Below, in pieces: positions 52,230-62,611 of a stretch of DNA of 64,000 bases (within the stretch, counting starts at the first letter, position 1; each line of letters opens with the position of its first letter). The notes under the pieces were generated by a model that worked only from the letters and a program-made list of their open reading frames with translations, searched no databases and was not told where the DNA came from. The DNA is taken from contig JBHJGN010000001.1 in NCBI GenBank assembly GCA_050331735.1, positions 64,001 through 128,000 of the forward strand, written 5' to 3'. The position numbers were made by a program, and so were the translations under genes. This stretch comes from Cyanophyceae cyanobacterium (GTDB lineage: Bacteria > Cyanobacteriota > Cyanobacteriia > Cyanobacteriales > JBHJGN01).

Positions 52230-54920
52230 CTAAAGAGTCCTCGCGCCAAAACACACAACACGAAAACCGACAACGTAGAAGCGGGCGTCCGGATCGTTGT
52301 TGCGGCGAATCGCAGAACGGCAGAGCTCTGGAAGGTTGTACCACGAACCACCGCGCAACGTCCTTAAAGCGCTTTCATCGTCAGTTAACCAAGGTTTATT
52401 GCCATTTTGCTTGAGTCCCTCCGGTTTTTCTTGATAGCTATTGTGCCAATGGTCTAAACACCATTCCCACACATTTCCGTGCATGTCATATAAGCCAAAA
52501 GCGTTAGCCGGATATTCTCCGACTGAACTTGTTTCGTTTTCCTTGCTTTCAGAATAGTTCACTAGCTCTGGCGTAACTGTGTCCCCGAAATAATAGGATG
52601 TTGTTGTCCCCGCACGGCAAGCATATTCCCACTCGGCTTCAGTGGGCAAGCGATATTCTCTGTTGGTATGGCGAGAGAGGCGATCGCAAAACTCAACCGC
52701 GTCGTACCAGCTCACGTTCTCGACTGGGCGGTTGTCGCTCTTAAAATCTGATGGATCTGTCTCCAGCGCTCGATTGACTTCGGGTAAAGAGGCAACGACT
52801 TGCCACTGCGCCTGAGTAATTGGATATTTACTGATGAAGAAATCAGAAACCGTTACCTCATGTTGCGGTTCTTCATCGCGATAGTGACCCGCTTCATCTT
52901 TGGGAGATCCCATCAAAAAGCTTTCTCCCAAAACCGCCACCATCTCTAGCTGAATCTCATCGCTAATCCGCTCTATCCGCTGCCAGCCGAAGCCAGAAGA
53001 CTTTGTAATTAGCCATTCTTGTTCGCGTCCAAACGAAAACCACGACCTCGGCTTTGGCTCAATCTTGGCTGTTTCAAACTCGAACCGTTGCAGAGCTTCT
53101 AGCTCAACTTCTTCAACCACAAACTCATGAGGCAACCATTGCGGCCATTCCTCTGGGATAAGTTGCGCTGTCTCGAACTCCAGAATTTTTAGCGTCGGGA
53201 ATCCGGGGAACTGGGTTTCTTCCCACGAACCCATCCGAAATTCTCGCGCGAGTTCTCTGTACTCGCCTCCAAGACGTTCAAGAATACTTGCCGTTACGCT
53301 TGCAAACGACTTTAAACTCCCGTCTTCCGACTCGTTTTGCTCAGGGGACAATAAAACCGACTTAAACTGCTGCAACGAGGCATAGCCTAACCGCTGTGCT
53401 ATATATAACGACACGGCATTGATAATTTCAATGGCATCCACCGGGGGCAGCATCTTTAATAGAGCTTCCCGTACCCCACGAACAAAATCGTATTGCACCA
53501 ACTCTGGATCGATATCGCCAGCTTGGTCGGGTAACCGATGAAGCAGTCCGCTCAAAAAAACTTCTGCCACTGGCAAAGGCGACATTTTTGACATCATTGA
53601 GGCCCGGATTAAGCGCATGACTGGCAGAGTAATGACCGGAGCGGCGGCCAGCAGAGTGATTAACTGCCGTGCCTGTGGCGATGACAGCATCCGAAACTGC
53701 TGAATGCGATCGCGGGATAACTTGGCTAGCTCTTCTCCCAGCCACTGCTCGCGTTCAGCCTCGGTTAACTCTCCCGGCGGACGTTCCCGAAAGCGCTTGT
53801 TTACCTCGTCCTCAGACGACGGTGCTTGTGGGACACTCCCTCCCTGCTGGGGCAATAAAAATCCCGCCGTCACCTCTTGACCATCACCGGAGAGCACTTT
53901 GCTCCAGGCGGCCACGTCTTCGGTGGCTGAAGTAAACACCGGAACGGGGATGCCGCGAACCTCCTCTTCCTCTACAAAAAGGTCGAGTCCGATCGCTTCA
54001 GCTTCCAGTTGAGAGTTGACAGCACCGGAGAGGGAATTACGCAGAGCAACATAAGTACCGCGCCCCAGGGCCGTTCGCTCCCACATCCATTCCGGCAGCA
54101 CCTGCCAGATCGCCGTTGGCATTGCGCCTGCCCACAGCTTCAAAACCGCTAACATCCTGTCATCCCACCAGTAATCAGCGACGCAATCGCTTAGAATAAT
54201 CACGATGCGCCGACCGTTAGGAGAAACCAGTTCTCGGGCCGTATGCGGGGGGCGATCTGGATGCGATCGCAATACAATTGCCCCAGCCTCGGTTTCGAGT
54301 TCCCAGCGTCGAAGGTCGCGAAAGGCTCCGTAATGCTTTAAGAGTTGTTGGAGATCGTCGGCTAAGCGCTTCCACAAATTCATCGAGGAGCTGCGATCGA
54401 CGATGAGGGCGATCTCAAACCACGGTTCGAGGTTTGGTTGAAGCACTGGCGACCAAACCCTAGTTTCCACGATGCGATCGACCGTTTCCGCCTCATCAAT
54501 CTGCTCTCCTAACCCCGTTGGAACTTGCTTGAGAAGCGGTCGCAGCGCCCGAATTAAATCCATTGGGTTGTCCAGCAGCGGCGGATCGGCAACCCACAGA
54601 GGAAGCGCTTTTTGAGGAAGGGGCTTAGCCGTCGGACGTGGAGGAGGTGGAATTATGGGAATCTGTGGATCTGGTGGCTCATTATCTTTTCCATTGACTT
54701 TGCTATCGCGAGGTGGAGCAGGTGGAGGTGGAGGTGGTGGAGGGCCTGGATCAGGTAGAGGTGAAGGGTCTGGATCAGGTAGAGAAGTTTCTTCCGGCTG
54801 TTTTTCCTCCTGTTTGTCTCTTGGCTGAATGCGCGTTGTCAACCACAGGACTTCTGCAATATTAGTTGCATCGAGCTGCTCGTCTTTGGCTAAGGCAGCA
54901 ATCAGCCGTTCGACATTCAT
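52230..54920 (-). CDS. vWA (SAV_2336-like N-domain) + FGE-sulfatase/CLec fusion; DGR target
   Basis: IAEVLWL N-terminus, Pro-rich linker, MIDAS DRSSS and ILSDC, LPEWMWERTAL; C-terminal [15 protein letters not shown]...RGGSW...GFRVVC. Confidence 0.88.
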   Translation of the reverse strand: MNVERLIAALAKDEQLDATNIAEVLWLTTRIQPRDKQEEKQPEETSLPDPDPSPLPDPGPPPPPPPPAPPRDSKVNGKDNEPPDPQIPIIPPPPRPTAKPLPQKALPLWVADPPLLDNPMDLIRALRPLLKQVPTGLGEQIDEAETVDRIVETRVWSPVLQPNLEPWFEIALIVDRSSSMNLWKRLADDLQQLLKHYGAFRDLRRWELETEAGAIVLRSHPDRPPHTARELVSPNGRRIVIILSDCVADYWWDDRMLAVLKLWAGAMPTAIWQVLPEWMWERTALGRGTYVALRNSLSGAVNSQLEAEAIGLDLFVEEEEVRGIPVPVFTSATEDVAAWSKVLSGDGQEVTAGFLLPQQGGSVPQAPSSEDEVNKRFRERPPGELTEAEREQWLGEELAKLSRDRIQQFRMLSSPQARQLITLLAAAPVITLPVMRLIRASMMSKMSPLPVAEVFLSGLLHRLPDQAGDIDPELVQYDFVRGVREALLKMLPPVDAIEIINAVSLYIAQRLGYASLQQFKSVLLSPEQNESEDGSLKSFASVTASILERLGGEYRELAREFRMGSWEETQFPGFPTLKILEFETAQLIPEEWPQWLPHEFVVEEVELEALQRFEFETAKIEPKPRSWFSFGREQEWLITKSSGFGWQRIERISDEIQLEMVAVLGESFLMGSPKDEAGHYRDEEPQHEVTVSDFFISKYPITQAQWQVVASLPEVNRALETDPSDFKSDNRPVENVSWYDAVEFCDRLSRHTNREYRLPTEAEWEYACRAGTTTSYYFGDTVTPELVNYSESKENETSSVGEYPANAFGLYDMHGNVWEWCLDHWHNSYQEKPEGLKQNGNKPWLTDDESALRTLRGGSWYNLPELCRSAIRRNNDPDARFYVVGFRVVCFGARTL

Positions 54921-56080
54921 TAGTCGGCCTCACTTAAGCGCTTAAACAGAAGCTGTCTGAGCTTCTCCATCTCCATTTCGCTAGGACCAGGATCGCGAGT
55001 AATCAGGTAAACGGCATTGAGCAACTGGTCAGTGGCGCGATCGGCTTTATTGCCTCCTTCGAGAAACTTTTTAATGAGTGGTTCGAGCTGCGGTTTCAGC
55101 GTTTTCCAGTTATCTTCGCCAAAACGGGACTCGATAATCGGATAGAGCGATTCGAGGGTTGGATCGGGCATTCTGACTCGCAGACAGCGCCGCCGAAACG
55201 CCGGAGGAAAGTCGCGTTCGCCATTACTGGTCATCACCACGAAGGGGAACTCGCAGCACTCGATGCGTCCTTCTGTAATGGTCGCGCTTAAATCTTTATC
55301 TTCGGTTAAAACAGTAACCTGCCTCTCAATTCTTTTGCGTCGTACCAGTTCAGGAATCTCAAACTGACCTTCCTCAAACAGATTGAGCAGATCGTTCGGA
55401 AGATTGAGATCGCTTTTATCGATTTCGTCAATGAGAAGAACTCGCGGTCGCCGGGAGGAAAGGAAAGCGGTTCCGACTGGTCCGAGTTGGATATAGTCCC
55501 CCAAGCTGCGTTCCTCTCGACTCGGTTTCTCTTGACTCTCTAATTGGACAATTGCCTCGCTGTCGGTTTGGTCGAGCTGACTGCCTCGCTGTCGAGCCAT
55601 CAGTTCTAAAACTTGGGAGGTCGTTGTCTCGCTGCGGGTTTGATCGAGCTGAGCATCTTGCAGCCGCGCGATCGCATCATAGCGATAAAGGGCATCTTTA
55701 AGGGTCGCTCGCGCCGTTACGGGCCAGACTAAAACTGGACCGAGTTGAAGTTCGTAGGCGACTGCATAGGCTAAAGACGTTTTTCCCGAACCGGGAACTC
55801 CCGTGATCAGCAAGGGACGGCGTAGATGCAAAGCTGCATTAACAGCATCAACAATTTCTGAATCACCATTTTTATCTTTCTGAATGCGAAAACTCTTTCC
55901 CCTCTCAATAGCACGGTTTTCTTCCTTCGCTCTTTCATGCAGCTTGTCCCAGCGTTTGTTGTCTTTCTTCTCATCGACTTGTTCGCGGGGAAGAAACTCT
56001 CGCCAGGGAGGGCGATCGGGAATTTCTACGAGTGGATTGGGGGTGTCGCCGCAGTTGCCGTGAAAGTGTTTCCAAGTCAT
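54920..56080 (-). CDS. MoxR-family AAA+ ATPase
   Basis: LRRPLLITGVPGSGKTS, LLIDEIDK, TSNGERDFPPAFRRRC. Its stop overlaps the vWA start (TAATG). Confidence 0.92.
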   Translation of the reverse strand: MTWKHFHGNCGDTPNPLVEIPDRPPWREFLPREQVDEKKDNKRWDKLHERAKEENRAIERGKSFRIQKDKNGDSEIVDAVNAALHLRRPLLITGVPGSGKTSLAYAVAYELQLGPVLVWPVTARATLKDALYRYDAIARLQDAQLDQTRSETTTSQVLELMARQRGSQLDQTDSEAIVQLESQEKPSREERSLGDYIQLGPVGTAFLSSRRPRVLLIDEIDKSDLNLPNDLLNLFEEGQFEIPELVRRKRIERQVTVLTEDKDLSATITEGRIECCEFPFVVMTSNGERDFPPAFRRRCLRVRMPDPTLESLYPIIESRFGEDNWKTLKPQLEPLIKKFLEGGNKADRATDQLLNAVYLITRDPGPSEMEMEKLRQLLFKRLSEAD

Positions 56081-56101
56081 AGGAGCTATAGAGGTAAATA
56101 A

Positions 56102-57574
56102 TCAAGGAGCAACGCGATCCGGTGAGTAGAGGGGACGTTCGTTAGTAGGAATCGTTGGCAAGCGATCGGGGTTGTCGCAAAGAATTCCTAGAGTCTGAAT
56201 AGGATTAGCTGATGTTGCTAGTCTTTTTTCCTGAATTGACTGAGCCAGTTGTGCAACTTCTCTGAGGTTGTCTGCGATGAGAAGAGAATCGAACGCCTCA
56301 CAAATCTCGTCTCGATCGAAGTCCGCACAGTGCGTCCACAAAACAATCGGCATCTGGGAGAGGATTAATTGCTTCAAGGCTTCCTTGCGAGCAACAGAAT
56401 CATCCGGTAAACCCGAAATTACTTTTGCTCCTACCTTTCCAGAAATCAACTGCCCTGCAAAGGTATCTTGGCTACTAGAAAAATCAACTTCAATAAACTC
56501 CTGGCAGACTGAATTAGCTGTCAGGCACTTTTGCAGACGTTGCCAACCTTCTCTTACTTTCAGAAGCAGAAGTGGATGAGTAGCTCGTTCAAGCGAACGA
56601 ACCAGTAATCTATAGCGATCGCCTAGCTTAGAGATTTCTTGCAACTCATCTAAAGCTTCCCATTCAAAGACTTGTTCTTCTAGAAGATCCCTGGGGAGAA
56701 AAATTTCCAGAACAGCCTGATGGGAGATTTCTTTTTCGAGCAATATCGATGCAGCTTGGTCTAGCCACGAATACAAAGGATTTGCCAATAGCTTGTCTAC
56801 GTCCACCAGCTTACCGTTTGGGAGTTCGCAGGAAAATCCTCTCATTCCGTCAGAATCGCTATCGAGGGGGTGTGGTTGTCCTGCCAAGTGCAGCTCGGCA
56901 AATAACTGTACTGACTTGGCTTTACGCACAAGGGCAACTAAGACATAACCGTGGAGGGAAGTTAGCTTTGGGGGAACGGTGATGTTATGCTTCCTAACAA
57001 GATTGTCTCGCCAACTTCTCAGCTCATCAAAATTTCTTTGAGTTTGCTTGGTGATAATTTCGATGGCACTATCTATAAAGGCAACGGTCAGTTCAGGGCT
57101 GTCGTACTTACTAAAAATTTGGCGAAAACTCTTCAAGTCATTGAGGGATGGATGATCTCGGAAAACCTCCCTTAGCGATCGCTGGTAATGAGAGAGAAAT
57201 GCAGCTTTGCACGCGACTTCTAGCGCGGCGCGATCACCTGGTTGAAATTGATTTAATACCCAATCCCACTCCTGCTGCGAAATTTTTTGTGTTGGCGCAG
57301 CGACTATGGAGCCATCCCTCAGCTCGGCTATTTTAGGGTCGTCAGGATGACTGACAGAGACCTTCAAGAATAGTTCGTCAAGGCGATTTTCTCGTTTTGC
57401 CCATTTGATCAGATCGAATGCTTTATCTCCTAAATCCCCTGATTCAGGAGCAATGGTATTTAGCTCCTCCACATTCATCAGATCGCTTAATCTCTCCAAC
57501 TTTTTTGATGTAGGGTAGCAATTAATTATTGCCTGACGAAATTTTTCTCTTCTTTCCCCATTCCACTTCCTCAT
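56102..57574 (-). CDS. EAD1 + vWA-MoxR associated protein (VMAP-C-like)
   Basis: N-terminal helical domain (AIINCYP...AFDLIKWAKRENRLDEL); C-terminal EIFLPRDLL..W...LG..Y.LLVRSLER, PIVLW, LCDNPDRLP. Confidence 0.75.
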   Translation of the reverse strand: MRKWNGERREKFRQAIINCYPTSKKLERLSDLMNVEELNTIAPESGDLGDKAFDLIKWAKRENRLDELFLKVSVSHPDDPKIAELRDGSIVAAPTQKISQQEWDWVLNQFQPGDRAALEVACKAAFLSHYQRSLREVFRDHPSLNDLKSFRQIFSKYDSPELTVAFIDSAIEIITKQTQRNFDELRSWRDNLVRKHNITVPPKLTSLHGYVLVALVRKAKSVQLFAELHLAGQPHPLDSDSDGMRGFSCELPNGKLVDVDKLLANPLYSWLDQAASILLEKEISHQAVLEIFLPRDLLEEQVFEWEALDELQEISKLGDRYRLLVRSLERATHPLLLLKVREGWQRLQKCLTANSVCQEFIEVDFSSSQDTFAGQLISGKVGAKVISGLPDDSVARKEALKQLILSQMPIVLWTHCADFDRDEICEAFDSLLIADNLREVAQLAQSIQEKRLATSANPIQTLGILCDNPDRLPTIPTNERPLYSPDRVAP

Positions 57575-57581
57575 AAGCTAG

Positions 57582-57995
57582 CTATCGTTCTAATGGTGGT
57601 AACAATGGAATTGCACTGGCGTAAATGAGCAGTAAAAATGACCCGTAAAACGGCTGATAAAAATCTAGCGTCTCAAATGGTCCGCCGATGGCAAATACCC
57701 AAACGGCAAACGACGCACAAGATAGCCAAATTTGCTGCCAAGCCGTTGGTTTACCCGATTCCGCCGTCTGTTTTCGCGTCCAGAAATAGGAAAATACGAG
57801 TCCAGCTCCAAACAGCATCCAGAGGAACAAAGGTTTTGGGATATCGTTTCCCTGGCTTTGAATTAAGCCGTTGCCTGCCAGCCACAGCCCGACTACATCG
57901 GCAGGAATATACTTAAGGAGACGGTCGAAATAACCATCAATACTTTTATTTTCTCCTCCTGACTGGTACTGCTGCCAGACGATACGACGGCTCAT
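57582..57995 (-). CDS. Small integral membrane protein (~4 TM), unknown function
   Basis: ATG at 57995 preceded by GAGGAG; DRLLKYIPADVVGLW, WVFAIGGPF and four hydrophobic segments. Confidence 0.8.
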   Translation of the reverse strand: MSRRIVWQQYQSGGENKSIDGYFDRLLKYIPADVVGLWLAGNGLIQSQGNDIPKPLFLWMLFGAGLVFSYFWTRKQTAESGKPTAWQQIWLSCASFAVWVFAIGGPFETLDFYQPFYGSFLLLIYASAIPLLPPLER

Positions 57996-58002
57996 CTTCT
58001 CC

Positions 58003-59061
58003 TCACTGCAAAAATGGTGCGATTTCTTGGTAGATCGATTGAAATAAAATGCCCTCGCGGATGCTCCCAAAACCCCGCGACATCGATAGGTGATGCAGCG
58101 CTATCAACTGCCAGCGCTCGTTAAAGCAGGGCGAACCGCTCGATCCTTTCTTTGTCCGGTTCACGTACCAGATGCGATCGCGTTCTAGAGCGAAACCGAC
58201 GACTCCGCTATCGCTGAGGGAAACCTGCATCAGCTCTCCTTCGGGATGCTGAAGAACATATAAACCTTTTTTAGGTTCTGGTAAGGTAGCAGTAGAAACA
58301 TAAACGAGAGGTTTAATGTGGTTTGCTTCAGCGATCGCTGCTTCAGCCCGCAATAAGACGTAATCGAGACTTGATATTGGGCTAAAGGCAACGACGGGCT
58401 TTTCCACTGCTACCGCATAGACCTCCGGGCGCACGGGAGTTTCGCGTTCTTCACTAACGTAACCAAACTCAAAACAGAGCGATCGCGCTAGGTGGTTGAG
58501 GCGTTTGGAATCTACTGTTTCCTCTGTCAGAACGTGATAATTGGTCAGAATTAAATCGGCAGCAACCAGGACTCCGGTTCCGGTGCGATCGCTATCGGTA
58601 AAAACTACTTTGCAAATTGAATCAGCACACTGCAAACCTCGCTTAAGCTGACCAACATCTGTCTCAAAAGAAAGCGCTCGCGCTGGGAAGAAGGCTTCGA
58701 GTTCAGTATCGGTCGTCGGACCTTGCCAGTCGAATGGTCGGCTAATGACTTCTGTGATCCCTTCTCCGTTGAGAACGAGATGCTCTTGCAATAAGTCCTG
58801 AACTCGCTGATAAAACTGACGAACATCTGGATTGTTAGACTTTTGCTGATAGAGAGAGACAATCAGCTCAACTAACTTGTTTTCCCTCCTCGCCCAATCG
58901 ACAAGATCGAACGCAGCATCGGTCGTATCGCTCTCACTGGCAATTTCATTGAGATCGACATCCAAACTATCAGCAAAAATTTGGATCTTTTTGCGGGAGG
59001 CAAAAGCTTTCGTAATCGCATTGCGGAGCTGATTGCGATCGCTACCCGATAACTTCAACAT
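58003..59061 (-). CDS. EAD1 + trypsin-like serine protease
   Basis: N-terminal LSGSDRNQLRNAI...AAFDLVDWARRENKL; catalytic triad motifs LTNYHV, LDYVLL, GSSGSP; QHP and ALHH; GGAGG RBS. Confidence 0.88.
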   Translation of the reverse strand: MLKLSGSDRNQLRNAITKAFASRKKIQIFADSLDVDLNEIASESDTTDAAFDLVDWARRENKLVELIVSLYQQKSNNPDVRQFYQRVQDLLQEHLVLNGEGITEVISRPFDWQGPTTDTELEAFFPARALSFETDVGQLKRGLQCADSICKVVFTDSDRTGTGVLVAADLILTNYHVLTEETVDSKRLNHLARSLCFEFGYVSEERETPVRPEVYAVAVEKPVVAFSPISSLDYVLLRAEAAIAEANHIKPLVYVSTATLPEPKKGLYVLQHPEGELMQVSLSDSGVVGFALERDRIWYVNRTKKGSSGSPCFNERWQLIALHHLSMSRGFGSIREGILFQSIYQEIAPFLQ

Positions 59062-59324
59062 CAGCGACCTCCAAAACAGGATTTTAGGATGTTGAACCGC
59101 CGCTCGTTCTCTGCGACCCGTTTACTCAAAGCATCTGCTGGCTGCAACTGTTATGGAAAAGAATATCATTCATGGGTGAGAAGTCAAATAAGAATGCCTT
59201 TTAGTGCAATTAATTGCGGTCAAAGGAAAATTTAGATCTGCTCGGTCATGTTTATGTCTGCATCCGAAAACCCCTCAAAACGGGGTAGCTTTAAAGCATT
59301 ACTGACCTTGAATGATTCACCACA

Positions 59325-60143
59325 ATGACAAAACTAATTATCCGACGGCAGCAAGGAAAAGCCCGGTACTACACTGAGGATCTAGGGGGTGGAGTCGGAC
59401 TAGACATGATTCTTATCCCTAGCGGTAGTTTCTTGATGGGAACGGAAGATCGAGAAATCGACAGACTTTGTGAAACTTACAGCAGTGAGCATTTTAGAAC
59501 TGAAGGACCACAACATCGAGTAACCCTCCCCACTTTCTTTTTTATAGGACGTTATCCCATTACTCAAGCACAGTGGCGAGCCGTCGCTTCTTTACCTTTA
59601 ATCAATCGGAAGCTAGAGCCAGATCCATCAATATTTGAGGGAGACAATCGTCCAGTCGAGAACGTGAGCTGGTACGAAGCGGTAGAGTTTTGCGATCGCC
59701 TCTCTCGCCACACCGGAAGGGAATATCGGTTGCCCACCGAAGCTGAGTGGGAATATGTTTGCCGTGCAGGGACAACAACACCCTATTATTTCGGGGACAC
59801 AATCACGTCAGAGTTGGCAAACTATGAAAGAAATCGAGAAGAGACAAGTCCAGTCGAAGAATACCCAGCCAACGCTTTTGGCATTTCTGATATGCACGGG
59901 AATGTGTGGGAGTGGTGTCTAGACCACTGGCACGATAGCTATAAAGACACACTAGAGGAATTAAAGCAAAATGGCAATAAACGGCTGACTGGTAAGAAAA
60001 GCGCTAATAGAACGTTGCGCGGCGGTTCATGGTCCTACACTCCAGAGGCCTGCCGTTCTGCGTTTCGCAACTACGACTATCCGGACCTCCGCAACGACAT
60101 TATCGGTTTTCGAGTTGTGTGTAGTGGCGCGAGGACTCTTTAG
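59325..60143 (+). CDS. FGE-sulfatase/CLec-fold protein with DGR-type variable C-terminus
   Basis: [31 protein letters not shown]...CRSA...GFRVVCSGARTL. Confidence 0.92.
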   Translation: MTKLIIRRQQGKARYYTEDLGGGVGLDMILIPSGSFLMGTEDREIDRLCETYSSEHFRTEGPQHRVTLPTFFFIGRYPITQAQWRAVASLPLINRKLEPDPSIFEGDNRPVENVSWYEAVEFCDRLSRHTGREYRLPTEAEWEYVCRAGTTTPYYFGDTITSELANYERNREETSPVEEYPANAFGISDMHGNVWEWCLDHWHDSYKDTLEELKQNGNKRLTGKKSANRTLRGGSWSYTPEACRSAFRNYDYPDLRNDIIGFRVVCSGARTL

Positions 60144-60282
60144 CCCTTTCCCCTCTTGTTCTTTTGCCCTTTTCCCTTCTTTGGTTCAGTCCCAGATTTA
60201 ACAAAGCTGGCAATTCTAACTTTCAGCATTCCGGCAATTCACGCAGTCTAAAAATTAAGCTCACCGTTTATGATCGTCAATT

Positions 60283-60792
60283 ATGCAGGGGCAATTCACC
60301 GTGAAGACTCGTTCAGCCACCCAAGTACTCTTCGAGACCGATTATTACCAATGGACGCAAGGAACTGTTAAGCATCTCCAGAACCGGGATGTTGAAAACC
60401 TAGATTGGGAACATTTAATCGAGGAAGTCGAGCTATTGGGCATTAGCGCTAAGAATACCGTTAAAGGTTCTCTAGAAGTGCTACTCGTGCATCTTCTGTA
60501 TTACCAATACTGGTATAACCGCCGGGAATACTTAACCGAAGGATGGGCGGATGAAATCGAAGAATTTCGCTCCCAATTTGAAAAGAGCCTTGCATCTCGG
60601 AGCCTCTATAATTACATGCTAACGATTCTCGACCAAACCTACGCCAAAGCAAAGCGGAGAGCAGTGAGAAGGTTTGTCAGGGCTAAGCTCATACCTCCCC
60701 AGTTTCCCGACCAATGCCCCTACAGCATCGCGCAACTATTCGATGAAAACTACTTTCCAGAGTTTAAGTCAGAGCTAGAATCAAGCGACTGA
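60283..60792 (+). CDS. DUF29 family protein
   Basis: LFETDYYQW, LDWEHLIEEVE, LLVHLL, FPDQCPY. Confidence 0.9.
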   Translation: MQGQFTVKTRSATQVLFETDYYQWTQGTVKHLQNRDVENLDWEHLIEEVELLGISAKNTVKGSLEVLLVHLLYYQYWYNRREYLTEGWADEIEEFRSQFEKSLASRSLYNYMLTILDQTYAKAKRRAVRRFVRAKLIPPQFPDQCPYSIAQLFDENYFPEFKSELESSD

Positions 60793-60933
60793 TCGAAACA
60801 ATTTATTCTCATATAGTGCAATTCACAAAGATTTTAGTTTCGTGACCAACAATAATGGTGGCGATCACTTCGCTTTCGCTACTTTTATGGAGGGTGCGCT
60901 ACCAAACGAGTAACGCATCCCCTATTACTAAAA

Positions 60934-62583
<1,650 letters not shown>

Positions 62584-62611
62584 TCAGTGCGGTGGCGATG
62601 AATGTCGATGA

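Noticed and set aside
51134..60143. Calling the three FGE-domain proteins formylglycine-generating enzymes
   Set aside because: The catalytic Cys pair after RGGS is absent and that region is hypervariable; a ligand-binding CLec role fits better.
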